The translations under genes were made by a program, and so were the position numbers. A DNA stretch of 40,870 nucleotides, from positions 1,729,160-1,770,029 of the forward strand of contig CP070758.1 of NCBI GenBank assembly GCA_020348925.1, written 5' to 3'. How positions within the stretch are numbered: position 1 is the stretch's first letter; each line of letters starts with the position of its first letter. This document shows positions 28,856 through 37,639 of the stretch, piece after piece. The notes under the pieces were generated by a model. It was not told where the DNA came from. It did no database searches and was given only the letters and a program-made list of their open reading frames with translations. The DNA comes from Gemmatimonadota bacterium. GTDB taxonomy: Bacteria; JBHIER01; G020348925.

Positions 28856-28882
28856 GTATCTTTAATCTTTAATCTTCTTTCT
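28848..28882 (+). repeat. 35-bp direct repeat, copy 1 (copy 2 at 33098-33132)
   Basis: TGGGGGTCGTATCTTTAATCTTTAATCTTCTTTCT; 33/35 identical to copy 2. Confidence 0.92.
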
Positions 28883-28943
28883 ATGTCTCCGTTGTCTCAA
28901 CACATCCTTTTATCCCATTTGACATGAAAGATGTATCATTCAC

Positions 28944-29008
28944 CCTTCGACTCCGCTCAATGTGAAAGTATGTCCATGCCATCTTCATACCGAGAGCTGT
29001 CGAGGCAT
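28944..29008. repeat. REP-like element (CCTTCGACTCCGCTCA plus degenerate inverted partner)
   Basis: The 16-mer is identical to 33217-33232; the inverted partner ends in GTCGAGGCAT. Confidence 0.65.
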
Positions 29009-29054
29009 AATTTTCCTACTTTCAGACTCCCGATGGCATCAAGAAACGCTTATG

Positions 29055-29083
29055 AAAAAACCGCCGGGTGTAAAGCCCGGCGG
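29055..29083 (-). terminator. Intrinsic terminator of the 29115-30332 gene
   Basis: CCGCCGGG/CCCGGCGG 8-bp stem followed by T6 on the minus strand. Confidence 0.85.
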
Positions 29084-29114
29084 CTTCCGATCGCTGTCCA
29101 CTAACCACTGAACA

Positions 29115-30332
29115 CTATTTCATGAGTACCATTCTCTTCGTGTCCGTGAACTCATCAGCCACAATCCGGTAGAAGTAGACGCCACTGGGCAAGCCTGTCG
29201 CGTCCCAATTCATGCTGTAATACCCGGCTTCCAGCTCAGTATCAACCAAGACCTCCACCACTTGACCCAACGTATTGTGCACAGTGAGCTGCACCTCACT
29301 GTCCTCCGGCAGACCGAACTCGATACTTGTCTCTGGATTGAAGGGATTGGGGTAGTTTTGGGCCAAGGCATACTCTGCCGGCACGGGCCCGGCCATCTTG
29401 AACCGCGGCGGCCGTCCCACCTCCAGGGTCACGTCGTCCGTCTGCGTCGTGCTTCCATCATCGCCCATAACAGTCAACACATAGCTCCCCGGATGCACAC
29501 CACGCGTCACCTGGATCACCAACATCACCGTCACCGACCCACGGGCCGGCACCATCACCACAGCGCCGGGATCGAAATAGTACCGCCTCGTGCCAAGCGG
29601 CAGGCCCATCACACTCAAACTCACCGCACCGGTGTAACAATCGACTGAACTGACCGTCACATCGTAGTTGGCCGTCCCCAGAAAACCGCCAAACCATTCC
29701 ACCCTGGCCACGTCCGGAGAGGCCGACACCTCAAAATCAGGACTGCCTGCCATATCAGGATCGTTCTGGTCGATCAAACCGTCACAGTCGTTGTCCTGAC
29801 CGTCACACACTTCCGCATTGCCCGGATAGTTGTTGGGATTGGCGTCATCGCAGTCGCAGTCATCTGCCCACCCGTCGCCGTCTCCGTCCGGAGAGGGGAC
29901 CAAGGGATTGGGATCTATGGCGTCCGGACATCCATCGTTGTCGTCGTCATCATCGCATACATCCCCAACTCCATCCACGTCAGCATCTTCCTGGCCAGGG
30001 TTAAACACGCTCGGGCAGTTGTCGAGGAGATCCTCTAATCCATCACCATCGCTATCCAGCCCAGCCGAGGCCGCGAGATATCCCCCCAAGTTCTTGTAGC
30101 TCGCACTCTCGCTCTTGCCCAGAACCGGCTCGCCACCCGCACTTTCCTTCATCTGGTATGTTCCGGATATACCAGACCCGGCAAGGGCGAGGATGGCACA
30201 TTTCTTCTCCCTGTAGTTCTCACTGGCCTTCTCCTGTGTGTTGGCTATCAGTACGGCAAGGAGTAAGCCCAAACAGAGCAACAGGACAATCTCCGCTCGT
30301 CCCTGTCTCCTCCTCTTTCTTTTGCCAACCAT
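29115..30332 (-). CDS. Secreted protein with thrombospondin type-3-like Ca-binding repeats, a MopE-related Cys/Asp motif and a C-terminal T9SS-A-like sorting domain
   Basis: Hydrophobic N-terminus; [64 protein letters not shown]...SGVYFYRI...KRMVLMK. Confidence 0.85.
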   Translation of the reverse strand: MVGKRKRRRQGRAEIVLLLCLGLLLAVLIANTQEKASENYREKKCAILALAGSGISGTYQMKESAGGEPVLGKSESASYKNLGGYLAASAGLDSDGDGLEDLLDNCPSVFNPGQEDADVDGVGDVCDDDDDNDGCPDAIDPNPLVPSPDGDGDGWADDCDCDDANPNNYPGNAEVCDGQDNDCDGLIDQNDPDMAGSPDFEVSASPDVARVEWFGGFLGTANYDVTVSSVDCYTGAVSLSVMGLPLGTRRYYFDPGAVVMVPARGSVTVMLVIQVTRGVHPGSYVLTVMGDDGSTTQTDDVTLEVGRPPRFKMAGPVPAEYALAQNYPNPFNPETSIEFGLPEDSEVQLTVHNTLGQVVEVLVDTELEAGYYSMNWDATGLPSGVYFYRIVADEFTDTKRMVLMK

Positions 30333-30414
30333 GGTCGTTCTCCTTTATTTGTCATTTAAATTTCGTAATTTGGATGTTATGTTTCGTCCGATATAAAATC
30401 AAAGACTGCAATTT

Positions 30415-32097
30415 TTATTCAACCTCCTCTTTCAGATCAGCGATGTCTCTCTTCAACTCATCGATGGTCTTCTGCTGCTCCTGAACCACCTTGGTCAAGA
30501 CAGCCACGACATCCATGGGACTCATACCCTCCCTGTCTTTTGTTGATACGAGCTCAGGAACATCCTCGGCGATGAAGCCAAGGTGCTGTTCATCTTTGTC
30601 CACCTTGTAGTTGAACGTTACCGGATTCAAATCCTCAAGGGCCTCGACGGCTGCTTCGGAGGTCAGCTCATGAATATTCTCCTTGTACTTTCGACTGGAG
30701 GCATTTGTCCAGACACCCCCTGCCGTACAATGAGCGCCGCTCCCCATATGCAGTGGATACGATGGGTTCGTCGTGTCGATACCGACATAGCCTTCAAACC
30801 ACGCGGCAACAGGAGAACCTTCGGCAACAAGACCTACCCCATTCGTGCATTGAAAATAACCGCCATAGCCAGTTGCGGACACACCATTGACAGCAGCACC
30901 GCTATTACTGTAAGAAGTGACACCTTCTCCACCACCTGCGGCGTAGGCACATATACCACCAGCAGTACCCAAATTCTCAACTCTTAATATACACCAGTCT
31001 GTTGTGCTTCCTGATATTTCCTGCATTGTGTCACAGTCCAAGGTCACGTACTTGTCACTGAGAGACGACGTGCCTTCATAGAGTGTATCAGTGACATTGT
31101 ACCGACCCCAATCGCTGGAAGCGGCTCCCGCCGCAGTGGTCTGGACCGAGCCATCGGGAAATTTGAATCCACCCATGGTTGAATGAATGAGGCCACCGGC
31201 CGACATACCCAGGAATGAGGACAATTGTTCTACGGAAACCAAGCCATTGCTGGACATCATGAGACCCTGGCCGATCGCGGCTCCATCCGTTATACGGATC
31301 AGGCTGGTCCATGTGTCACCACTCGAAATTGAGAGAAAATCATTACTGTCCGAGGGGTTCGTTATTTTTAGCACCCCATCGATAACGGCGCTGCTATCGA
31401 CTTCCAGAACACCTTCAATGTCAACATTTCCATTCAGCCAGGCGGCAAGGTGCCCTGGAGCAGCTTCAGCAGCAAGACCCGGACCATTGACGGACTGAAA
31501 GTAACCGCCCCAGCCATCGATGGAAACGCCATGCACACCAATACCACCATCACCGCACTGACCGCGCACTGCCGCTCCCCAACCGTTGCTATATCCATCG
31601 AGGCCGATGCCGTTACCCATATTTTCAGCTCTTAACATCCAATCGCCGGCGCTTCCCGTTATCTCCTGCGAACCGTCAGTAGTACTCACGAACCCGGAAG
31701 CGTGCTTGCCGTCCAATCGGTCTGCATTCATGGCATAGGGCACACTGCCAACTTTATGTCTGGGTGTCATCTCCGAATCAGAGCCGACCGTGATCCCCAG
31801 CCACTTGTCGCTGCCGTCAAACATCAAATCCAGATTTGGAGTTATACTGCCCAATAGAACAGTATAGCTGCCTTCATCCACGTCCACCGACCCGTGCGCC
31901 TCCGTCCATACCGGACTTCCGCCTGTTGTCACATTATACAAGTTGAACGTTATCGATACCGTGCCGGTTATCGGCACTCCAGCACCGTCCGTCAATTTCC
32001 CCGTGTAATAGAACATTCCCGGAAAGGCCAAAGCCGAAACGGCTCCACAAAGAATGCCCATCAGGGCAACCGTCACAAAAGTTTTGAACGCCTTCAT
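30415..32097 (-). CDS. Secreted tail-fibre-like protein with C-terminal peptidase S74 (intramolecular chaperone) domain
   Basis: GGGAGG RBS and signal peptide (MKAFKTF...SALA); Gly-rich beta repeats; C-terminal ASSRKYKENI...LNPVTFNYK...HLGFIAEDVPE...QEQQKTIDELK coiled coil. An alternative in-frame start lies at 32196. Confidence 0.85.
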   Translation of the reverse strand: MKAFKTFVTVALMGILCGAVSALAFPGMFYYTGKLTDGAGVPITGTVSITFNLYNVTTGGSPVWTEAHGSVDVDEGSYTVLLGSITPNLDLMFDGSDKWLGITVGSDSEMTPRHKVGSVPYAMNADRLDGKHASGFVSTTDGSQEITGSAGDWMLRAENMGNGIGLDGYSNGWGAAVRGQCGDGGIGVHGVSIDGWGGYFQSVNGPGLAAEAAPGHLAAWLNGNVDIEGVLEVDSSAVIDGVLKITNPSDSNDFLSISSGDTWTSLIRITDGAAIGQGLMMSSNGLVSVEQLSSFLGMSAGGLIHSTMGGFKFPDGSVQTTAAGAASSDWGRYNVTDTLYEGTSSLSDKYVTLDCDTMQEISGSTTDWCILRVENLGTAGGICAYAAGGGEGVTSYSNSGAAVNGVSATGYGGYFQCTNGVGLVAEGSPVAAWFEGYVGIDTTNPSYPLHMGSGAHCTAGGVWTNASSRKYKENIHELTSEAAVEALEDLNPVTFNYKVDKDEQHLGFIAEDVPELVSTKDREGMSPMDVVAVLTKVVQEQQKTIDELKRDIADLKEEVE

Positions 32098-32673
32098 CGG
32101 TCTTCCTCCCTTTCGGTTCTGTATGTGAAACACATTAAACAAACCCGCAGGTACAAAATGTATTAACAATACTCTCCACCGAAACTCTTTCTCCATGTTG
32201 TCCCTCCTTTGCATTGGGTTCCTGCTACAATCCTTCTCGTAATCCACACACCGAAACCATTTCTCATAGGCGTCACCTCCCGTTCGGTTTGTCCGTTCGG
32301 TTCCCCTGCATTCGCAGGGGCAAGCCTCTTATCCGTTTTTGACTTCTCTCTTGTCAAAGAGTCTGCCATGCCTGTCCCGTAAACAGTCTCGGGGAGTTTG
32401 TCGAAGGAAGGATTGAGGAAGATTCATCTTTTATTGAAACAATCCCCTCTCACTCCCCATTGACAAAGGGGAGAATTATTTCACCACAACGACAACGTAC
32501 TCGCCTCCCTCCACATGCCACCGCGCCCCTGCCCTCTGCATCTCGGCACTCTTGTGTGCTGTTGATCACGTCCTTAAAGTTTTTCTTTCCCTGTAATTCA
32601 TGAACGGCCTTTCTCCGTTCTCCATTTTCCCTTGAATCCTTGGCCCCTCGAATCCTAGAATCCTGACTTAAAA

Positions 32674-32718
32674 CAAAAAACCCCCTGTCACTCACTCGAA
32701 AATGGGCGAAATAGGGGC
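32674..32718 (-). terminator. Terminator-like hairpin inside the long leader of the fibre gene
   Basis: Minus strand reads GCCCCTATTTCGCCCA-ttttcgag-TGAGTGACAGGGGG followed by TTTTTTGTTTT. Confidence 0.55.
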
Positions 32719-32895
32719 TTGTTCACCTTGAATGGAAAAGACGGAAATAAGAACCATCTCTCCCCCTATGTTACAGATTCTAAGATTTGAAGATGTACGT
32801 TACCCAGTAGCTGTATGATCAAAGAAATATGGAATGCATAGACACAGTTTGACAAAAACGCTCCTCTAACTATTCTGGGTTTGATATTATTTTTT

Positions 32896-32924
32896 AAATT
32901 ATGCAATATTTTAATAGATGTCAA
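32896..32924 (-). promoter_or_regulatory. Putative sigma70 promoter for the fibre/TSP3 pair
   Basis: Minus strand TTGACA-N17-TAATTT within a very AT-rich tract (about 32880-33090). Confidence 0.5.
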
Positions 32925-33097
32925 GCACAATATGATTAAATATCATAATTATTTATCAATAAAAATAAATCATCTTATATTTTTCAAGCATTCCTTGCTA
33001 TAACGAAATGTTCTTCACTTTTACTATTATATTAAGCTGAATTTTAATAATGATTTATTTAAAAGCCGGAAGTTTTAACATTTTTATCGACTATTCT

Positions 33098-33132
33098 TGG
33101 GGGTCGCATCTTTGATCTTTAATCTTCTTTCT
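33098..33132 (+). repeat. 35-bp direct repeat, copy 2
   Basis: TGGGGGTCGCATCTTTGATCTTTAATCTTCTTTCT. Confidence 0.92.
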
Positions 33133-33216
33133 TATATCTCACACCTCCCTGTGGTCCATCCTTGATAGTGGGGACAATGAGCAGGCTATCCATGTTCTGA
33201 GGTTCGAAGCCTCCAT

Positions 33217-33336
33217 CCTTCGACTCCGCTCAGGATGAAGGTACATTCGCGACATCGACACGCTGGGCGTAGTCGAGGCATTCATTTTCAGTGCCAGGTT
33301 TATCCTTCGTCATGCCTAGCGGAGTCGAGGAGGCAT
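33217..33336. repeat. REP-like cluster (one direct and two inverted copies)
   Basis: CCTTCGACTCCGCTCAGGATGA, then GGGCGTAGTCGAGGCAT and AGCGGAGTCGAGG (33318-33330). Confidence 0.7.
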
Positions 33337-33378
33337 ATTCTCTTCAGACTACCATTAACAGGACGAAACCTCCCACAG

Positions 33379-33412
33379 AAAAGCCGCCGGGTTCAACTGC
33401 ACCTGGCGGCTT
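33379..33412 (-). terminator. Intrinsic terminator of the 33440-37528 gene
   Basis: AAGCCGCCGGGT...ACCTGGCGGCTT stem (one mismatch) with a T run on the minus strand. Confidence 0.8.
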
Positions 33413-33439
33413 CTCATTTCTGTCCAAAAAAACAGAAGG

Positions 33440-36400
33440 CTATTTCATCAGCACCATCCGCCTCGTGGCCGTAAAATCTCCAGATTGCAGTCGATAGAAA
33501 TATATGCCGCTCGAGATCTCATGGCCTTCCTCGTCCAGCCCGTCCCAGGTCACTTCGTAATACCCCGGCTCCTTCACCTCATCCACCAGCGTCCGCACCG
33601 CCTGCCCGAGGATGTTGTAGATCTTCAGGGTGGTGTGGACGGCGGATCTATTATCTGCTATCTGGTATCTGATATCCGTGCTGGGGTTGAAGGGATTGGG
33701 GTAGTTCTGTGACAGATGAAATTCCGTCGGGACACCAATCGCTTTTTCGACCAAAGTCATGAGTCTCTCAAAATCCTCGTCCGTAAGGTATGATCGAAGC
33801 GACTGCAGAAAGACCAGAGCGTCCTCTGAAATGGTGACCCTGGGAAGGCCGGGCACACACTCGCCGATACCCAGGATCACATTTACGATGGACAGAGCAT
33901 CGAGAACATCGTACTCCAGGTCACCGTTGCAGTCTGCCCGCAGGAGGGCGTTCCCTTCCAGAGGTACAAGTGTTAGGATATGATTGACAACGGCCAGGAC
34001 ATCCAGCACGTTGATGCTGCCGTCACCGTTGGGATCGCCAATAATAGTCGACTCCTCGCGGCCGAAGAGGAAGTCGTTCACGTAACCGACCTGCTCCTCG
34101 TAAGCATCGTACAGAGGAATCGGTATGACACTGGCGCGGCCCCACTCGGCGTCCTCGGGGAACATCTGATCTGCCGACGGACACTGGCTCAGGCTCGCCG
34201 CCATACGAATGGGGACATGATTCAGACATTTCTCCCTGACTATGTCCGGATCGTCGAATTCGATCTCAAGAAAAACATCGAAAAAGGATTCGCACGGCAT
34301 GAGACCTGTGGGATCAATTTCGATGATCTCTCCTGTAGAGGGCACATCAGGTCGCTGGGTAACCGTTACCGGCCCCAAACTGGAGCTTCCTGTCAGACTC
34401 ATCTCCACGATTTCCGTCTGGATCTCGGGGACGCCGTCATCATTCGCGTCATCCCAGTCACACCGGCTGACCACCACCGGACCTGTCAAATCCAGAGCCA
34501 CATCGCCAAATCCCGCAAGGTTCACATACACCGTCGCGCCGACATTGAGAGCCTCCGTAGCCACAACGCACGACCTGTCCACCCACTCTGGGAAGGAGAA
34601 GGTTAGGTACTCGGATTCCAGAATACCATCGGGAAGCTGTTCCACGCCGGTCTCGATTTTGAGCACCAGTTCAGGCTCCAGGCAGACGTTGCCCAGGGGA
34701 TTGGACACCCACAGCTCTACCGTCCCCATCTGACCTTCAGGCACAAAGAGCGACCACTGGTCCGGCTCCAGCTGGCCGAGATTCTCACCGAGGAGCTCCA
34801 CCGTACTCCCCTCAGGCAGCGTGACATCATAGGCATAGATGTTGAAATACGCCACCCCCAGTCCCTCGGCACCACCGATGGAAATGGGCATCATGGTCCG
34901 ATGGTCACTGCTTTCATACATATCCACGACGCTCCACTTCTTCCAGCCCACCATGGTCTCCGTCTCCAGGAGAAACATCCCGTAACCGATGGTGAGGGGG
35001 TAAAAATCGGCAAAAGATGCATTGGTGAAGGTGTGCCTGGCCCCATCACCGGTCAGGGTCATCACATCACCTGCCAGACTCCCCACCTGTGGCGTGAACG
35101 CGCCGAAAAGATACTCGGCATAATAGGGCAGGATGGAGACTTGGGGCGGATAGAGTTCGCTCGGTGCGTAATACCAGTAGTCGACAAAGGTCTCCTGGGG
35201 CGTGAAGAAGGTGTCCGGGGGCACCCAGGTCGTATCCGGCGGGGGAACGCGCCCGCGGTCTCCGCGGGGCTTCGACATGTGCGCCAGCGGTTCACCGGGG
35301 CAGTGGTACAGTTGCGGATGGGACGGGAAGGTGTCGGGCAGCGGATAGTACCCCCTCGAAAAGTCCGTGATGACCTCATCGTAAGCCTCGGACCAGGTGA
35401 AGCCGTCTGGCACACCGTCGTCATTTTGACCCTGGGCCGCAGCAGCGATGAGCTGCTGGATGAAGATCCGCTCGAAGTAGGAGTGGGCAGTGTCAGGTCC
35501 GGCGTTCCTACACCTGCTGGTCTCGTTCCAGTTGGCTGCTGTGACGATATTGACTTCACAGGGTGCCCTCAGGTCGCCGGCGGACGTCCACTGGCGGCAG
35601 AGCAAATCTTTAATATTGGAGGCGATCCCCCCGCTGAAACAGCAGTCGATCTCAATATTCAGCCTGTCAAGACCGGCGTCCACGCAAACCTTGATCATGT
35701 TGGCAAAATCTGCGTCCCTCAATCCCTGATTCCCCCACAGCACCAGGTACTGGGGCACATTGATGAGGGTACCGCCGACGGTATTATCCCCGTCCACATC
35801 GATCCCCTTTATATGAATATTTCCATCCGCATCAACGGTGAGACTCGAAAAACCATTTGGGGCCGTGACTTCAACCCCATCCCGAAACAGGCGGTACGTC
35901 CCGTCCGAATACCGCCTGATCTCAAAGGTGACCTGCTGACCGGAAGCCGTCGCCTCCACCGTTCGGCTTAACCGGATAAATCCGGCCGGAGGTATGGCGA
36001 GCGGCCCGAACACGAGCTCAGCATCCCTCTCCGCCTGATGATCGTCCGTAATGGTCGTCGAATCGCCGTGACTGACGTTCGCCCCGTGGGAGGAGATGAG
36101 GATCTGCAACTCTGTGTTTAAACACCGGTTGTGGCAGTCCCGGATGCTGTCGGCGAAGGCGGAAAACTGGCTCTGGATGTTGGCCGAACTGGCCCCCTGA
36201 GGTGCGGGAGGCCGGGGAATATCGCGTTTGGGTGGGCCGGGGTTCCAGACGCTGTTCGTCAGGGTATTGTATTGGGACCATCCATTCGCCGCAGTGAAGG
36301 GGGCACCGGGTACACCGCCACCCTCCCAGAAGACAGCGAGATGATCTGCCTCGTATCCCCCGTAGCCCAACTTATAGATGAGCTTGAGACACATGTCGTT

Positions 36401-37528
36401 GTATACGGCGTTGCGGATGCGATCGGAGTCGTTGGCGGCCGTACAGATAATCATGGCAAACCGGCACCAGTCCTCCTCAGCCAGGACGCCGCCCTCTTCA
36501 ATGAGCTTATAGAGATCGCCCTCCGTCTCCGATCGTCCCTTCGTCTTCGGAGAGGCGGAGACGACAGTGGGATTTTCCAGACAGACCGACGTCTCCACTC
36601 CGAATTGCGGACGGTGATTGTATTGGCACAAGATCCCCTCCAGAGTAACCCACCGCTCGTTATAGTCGTATCCGTACAGCGTGACGAAGTCGCCCACGAG
36701 GATCTCAGAATAGGGGTAGATCAACTTCTGACGCGCGTAATTCTCGTCAAGGCAGAGGTAGGCGTAGTTACCGCTGGCCGTGAGAAAACCGTTGACCTCC
36801 ACAGGATCGCCGGCCGCCAGTTCACCGCCAACCCATTTGGCATACACCTCGGATACAGTCAGAGCAGCGCCGCCGGTGTAAACGCCTCCCACTCTGACGA
36901 GGGCATCCCCTTCCGTTACGGTCAACCAGGATCCGCCGCTGTTCAAGCTGATGGTGGTCCGCTGGGTCGTGGTGCCGTCGTCGTCCAGGGCCGGCCACCA
37001 ACCCGATCCAGGATATGGACCACCGGGTGCGAATCCATAAACGATGTGAAAGTCCTGGCCGGCGCTGAAGCCGATGGGACCTGCCACATCAAACTGGACC
37101 CAAGTGAGATGCGGTAGGGGTGGGGATATGGCCCCCACATATGTTGCCGGCCACACCGGTTTCCCAGTACCGTCATCCGCTGCGACATAGAGATTGCAGC
37201 CGTTCGTCGCATTATTGAACTCATTCATCACGGCGAAGTAGATCGACAGAAGAGAAAAATCGAAGGTCGGTGTAAACCTGACAGCGATATACGTATTCGG
37301 GCTCGTTGAGATGAAGCCTATGAAACCGTTGTCGTACTGTATTGTATCAGGTTGCGGGCTCGTGCGATCGTCACTCGTGGCTTTTTTCTCGACATCAATC
37401 GCCTCGAACCGGGCCGGCTCGAGGCCGGTCCGGCCCTGGTCGGCCTGAGTGGAAAAAACGCTCAGTATGCCGAGATTCAGAATACAGATGCAGACCAACA
37501 GATCTGCAATTCTTCGTACTCTTGGCAT
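33440..37528 (-). CDS. Large secreted multidomain protein: clan CD (caspase/legumain-like) protease domain, beta-rich domains, dockerin type I, C-terminal FlgD-Ig/T9SS-A-like domain
   Basis: Signal peptide and AGGAGG RBS; ILISSHG and IEIDCCFSGG; GDPNGDGSINVLD...[24 protein letters not shown]...WDGLDEEGHEISSGIYFYRL...RRMVLMK. Confidence 0.8.
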   Translation of the reverse strand: MPRVRRIADLLVCICILNLGILSVFSTQADQGRTGLEPARFEAIDVEKKATSDDRTSPQPDTIQYDNGFIGFISTSPNTYIAVRFTPTFDFSLLSIYFAVMNEFNNATNGCNLYVAADDGTGKPVWPATYVGAISPPLPHLTWVQFDVAGPIGFSAGQDFHIVYGFAPGGPYPGSGWWPALDDDGTTTQRTTISLNSGGSWLTVTEGDALVRVGGVYTGGAALTVSEVYAKWVGGELAAGDPVEVNGFLTASGNYAYLCLDENYARQKLIYPYSEILVGDFVTLYGYDYNERWVTLEGILCQYNHRPQFGVETSVCLENPTVVSASPKTKGRSETEGDLYKLIEEGGVLAEEDWCRFAMIICTAANDSDRIRNAVYNDMCLKLIYKLGYGGYEADHLAVFWEGGGVPGAPFTAANGWSQYNTLTNSVWNPGPPKRDIPRPPAPQGASSANIQSQFSAFADSIRDCHNRCLNTELQILISSHGANVSHGDSTTITDDHQAERDAELVFGPLAIPPAGFIRLSRTVEATASGQQVTFEIRRYSDGTYRLFRDGVEVTAPNGFSSLTVDADGNIHIKGIDVDGDNTVGGTLINVPQYLVLWGNQGLRDADFANMIKVCVDAGLDRLNIEIDCCFSGGIASNIKDLLCRQWTSAGDLRAPCEVNIVTAANWNETSRCRNAGPDTAHSYFERIFIQQLIAAAAQGQNDDGVPDGFTWSEAYDEVITDFSRGYYPLPDTFPSHPQLYHCPGEPLAHMSKPRGDRGRVPPPDTTWVPPDTFFTPQETFVDYWYYAPSELYPPQVSILPYYAEYLFGAFTPQVGSLAGDVMTLTGDGARHTFTNASFADFYPLTIGYGMFLLETETMVGWKKWSVVDMYESSDHRTMMPISIGGAEGLGVAYFNIYAYDVTLPEGSTVELLGENLGQLEPDQWSLFVPEGQMGTVELWVSNPLGNVCLEPELVLKIETGVEQLPDGILESEYLTFSFPEWVDRSCVVATEALNVGATVYVNLAGFGDVALDLTGPVVVSRCDWDDANDDGVPEIQTEIVEMSLTGSSSLGPVTVTQRPDVPSTGEIIEIDPTGLMPCESFFDVFLEIEFDDPDIVREKCLNHVPIRMAASLSQCPSADQMFPEDAEWGRASVIPIPLYDAYEEQVGYVNDFLFGREESTIIGDPNGDGSINVLDVLAVVNHILTLVPLEGNALLRADCNGDLEYDVLDALSIVNVILGIGECVPGLPRVTISEDALVFLQSLRSYLTDEDFERLMTLVEKAIGVPTEFHLSQNYPNPFNPSTDIRYQIADNRSAVHTTLKIYNILGQAVRTLVDEVKEPGYYEVTWDGLDEEGHEISSGIYFYRLQSGDFTATRRMVLMK

Positions 37529-37639
37529 CGTGCGCCTCCTTTTATGAATAGGGATTTTAGAAACACAGGAACGATACTACAATTCTTTGATCGTACAAGC
37601 TGAAAATAGTGTTTTAGACGGTTAGATTCAATTATTTCT

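Noticed and set aside
28817-28882. Short direct repeats as a CRISPR array
   Set aside because: The units are 12 bp with 0-3 bp between them, there are no unique spacers, and no cas genes are in the window.
30415-32097. Prophage or tailocin based on the S74 tail-fibre domain
   Set aside because: The protein has a Sec signal peptide, and there are no capsid, baseplate, tube, sheath, lysis or integrase genes nearby.
32097-32924. c-di-GMP or other known riboswitch in the fibre-gene leader
   Set aside because: No recognisable aptamer consensus found by eye; kept only as a possible attenuator.
34901-37117. Long plus-strand ORFs (356 aa and 328 aa) and similar antisense ORFs over gatD, fumC, OPT, rsbU and waaF
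   Set aside because: These are shadow frames opposite well-supported GC3-rich genes and have no motifs of their own.
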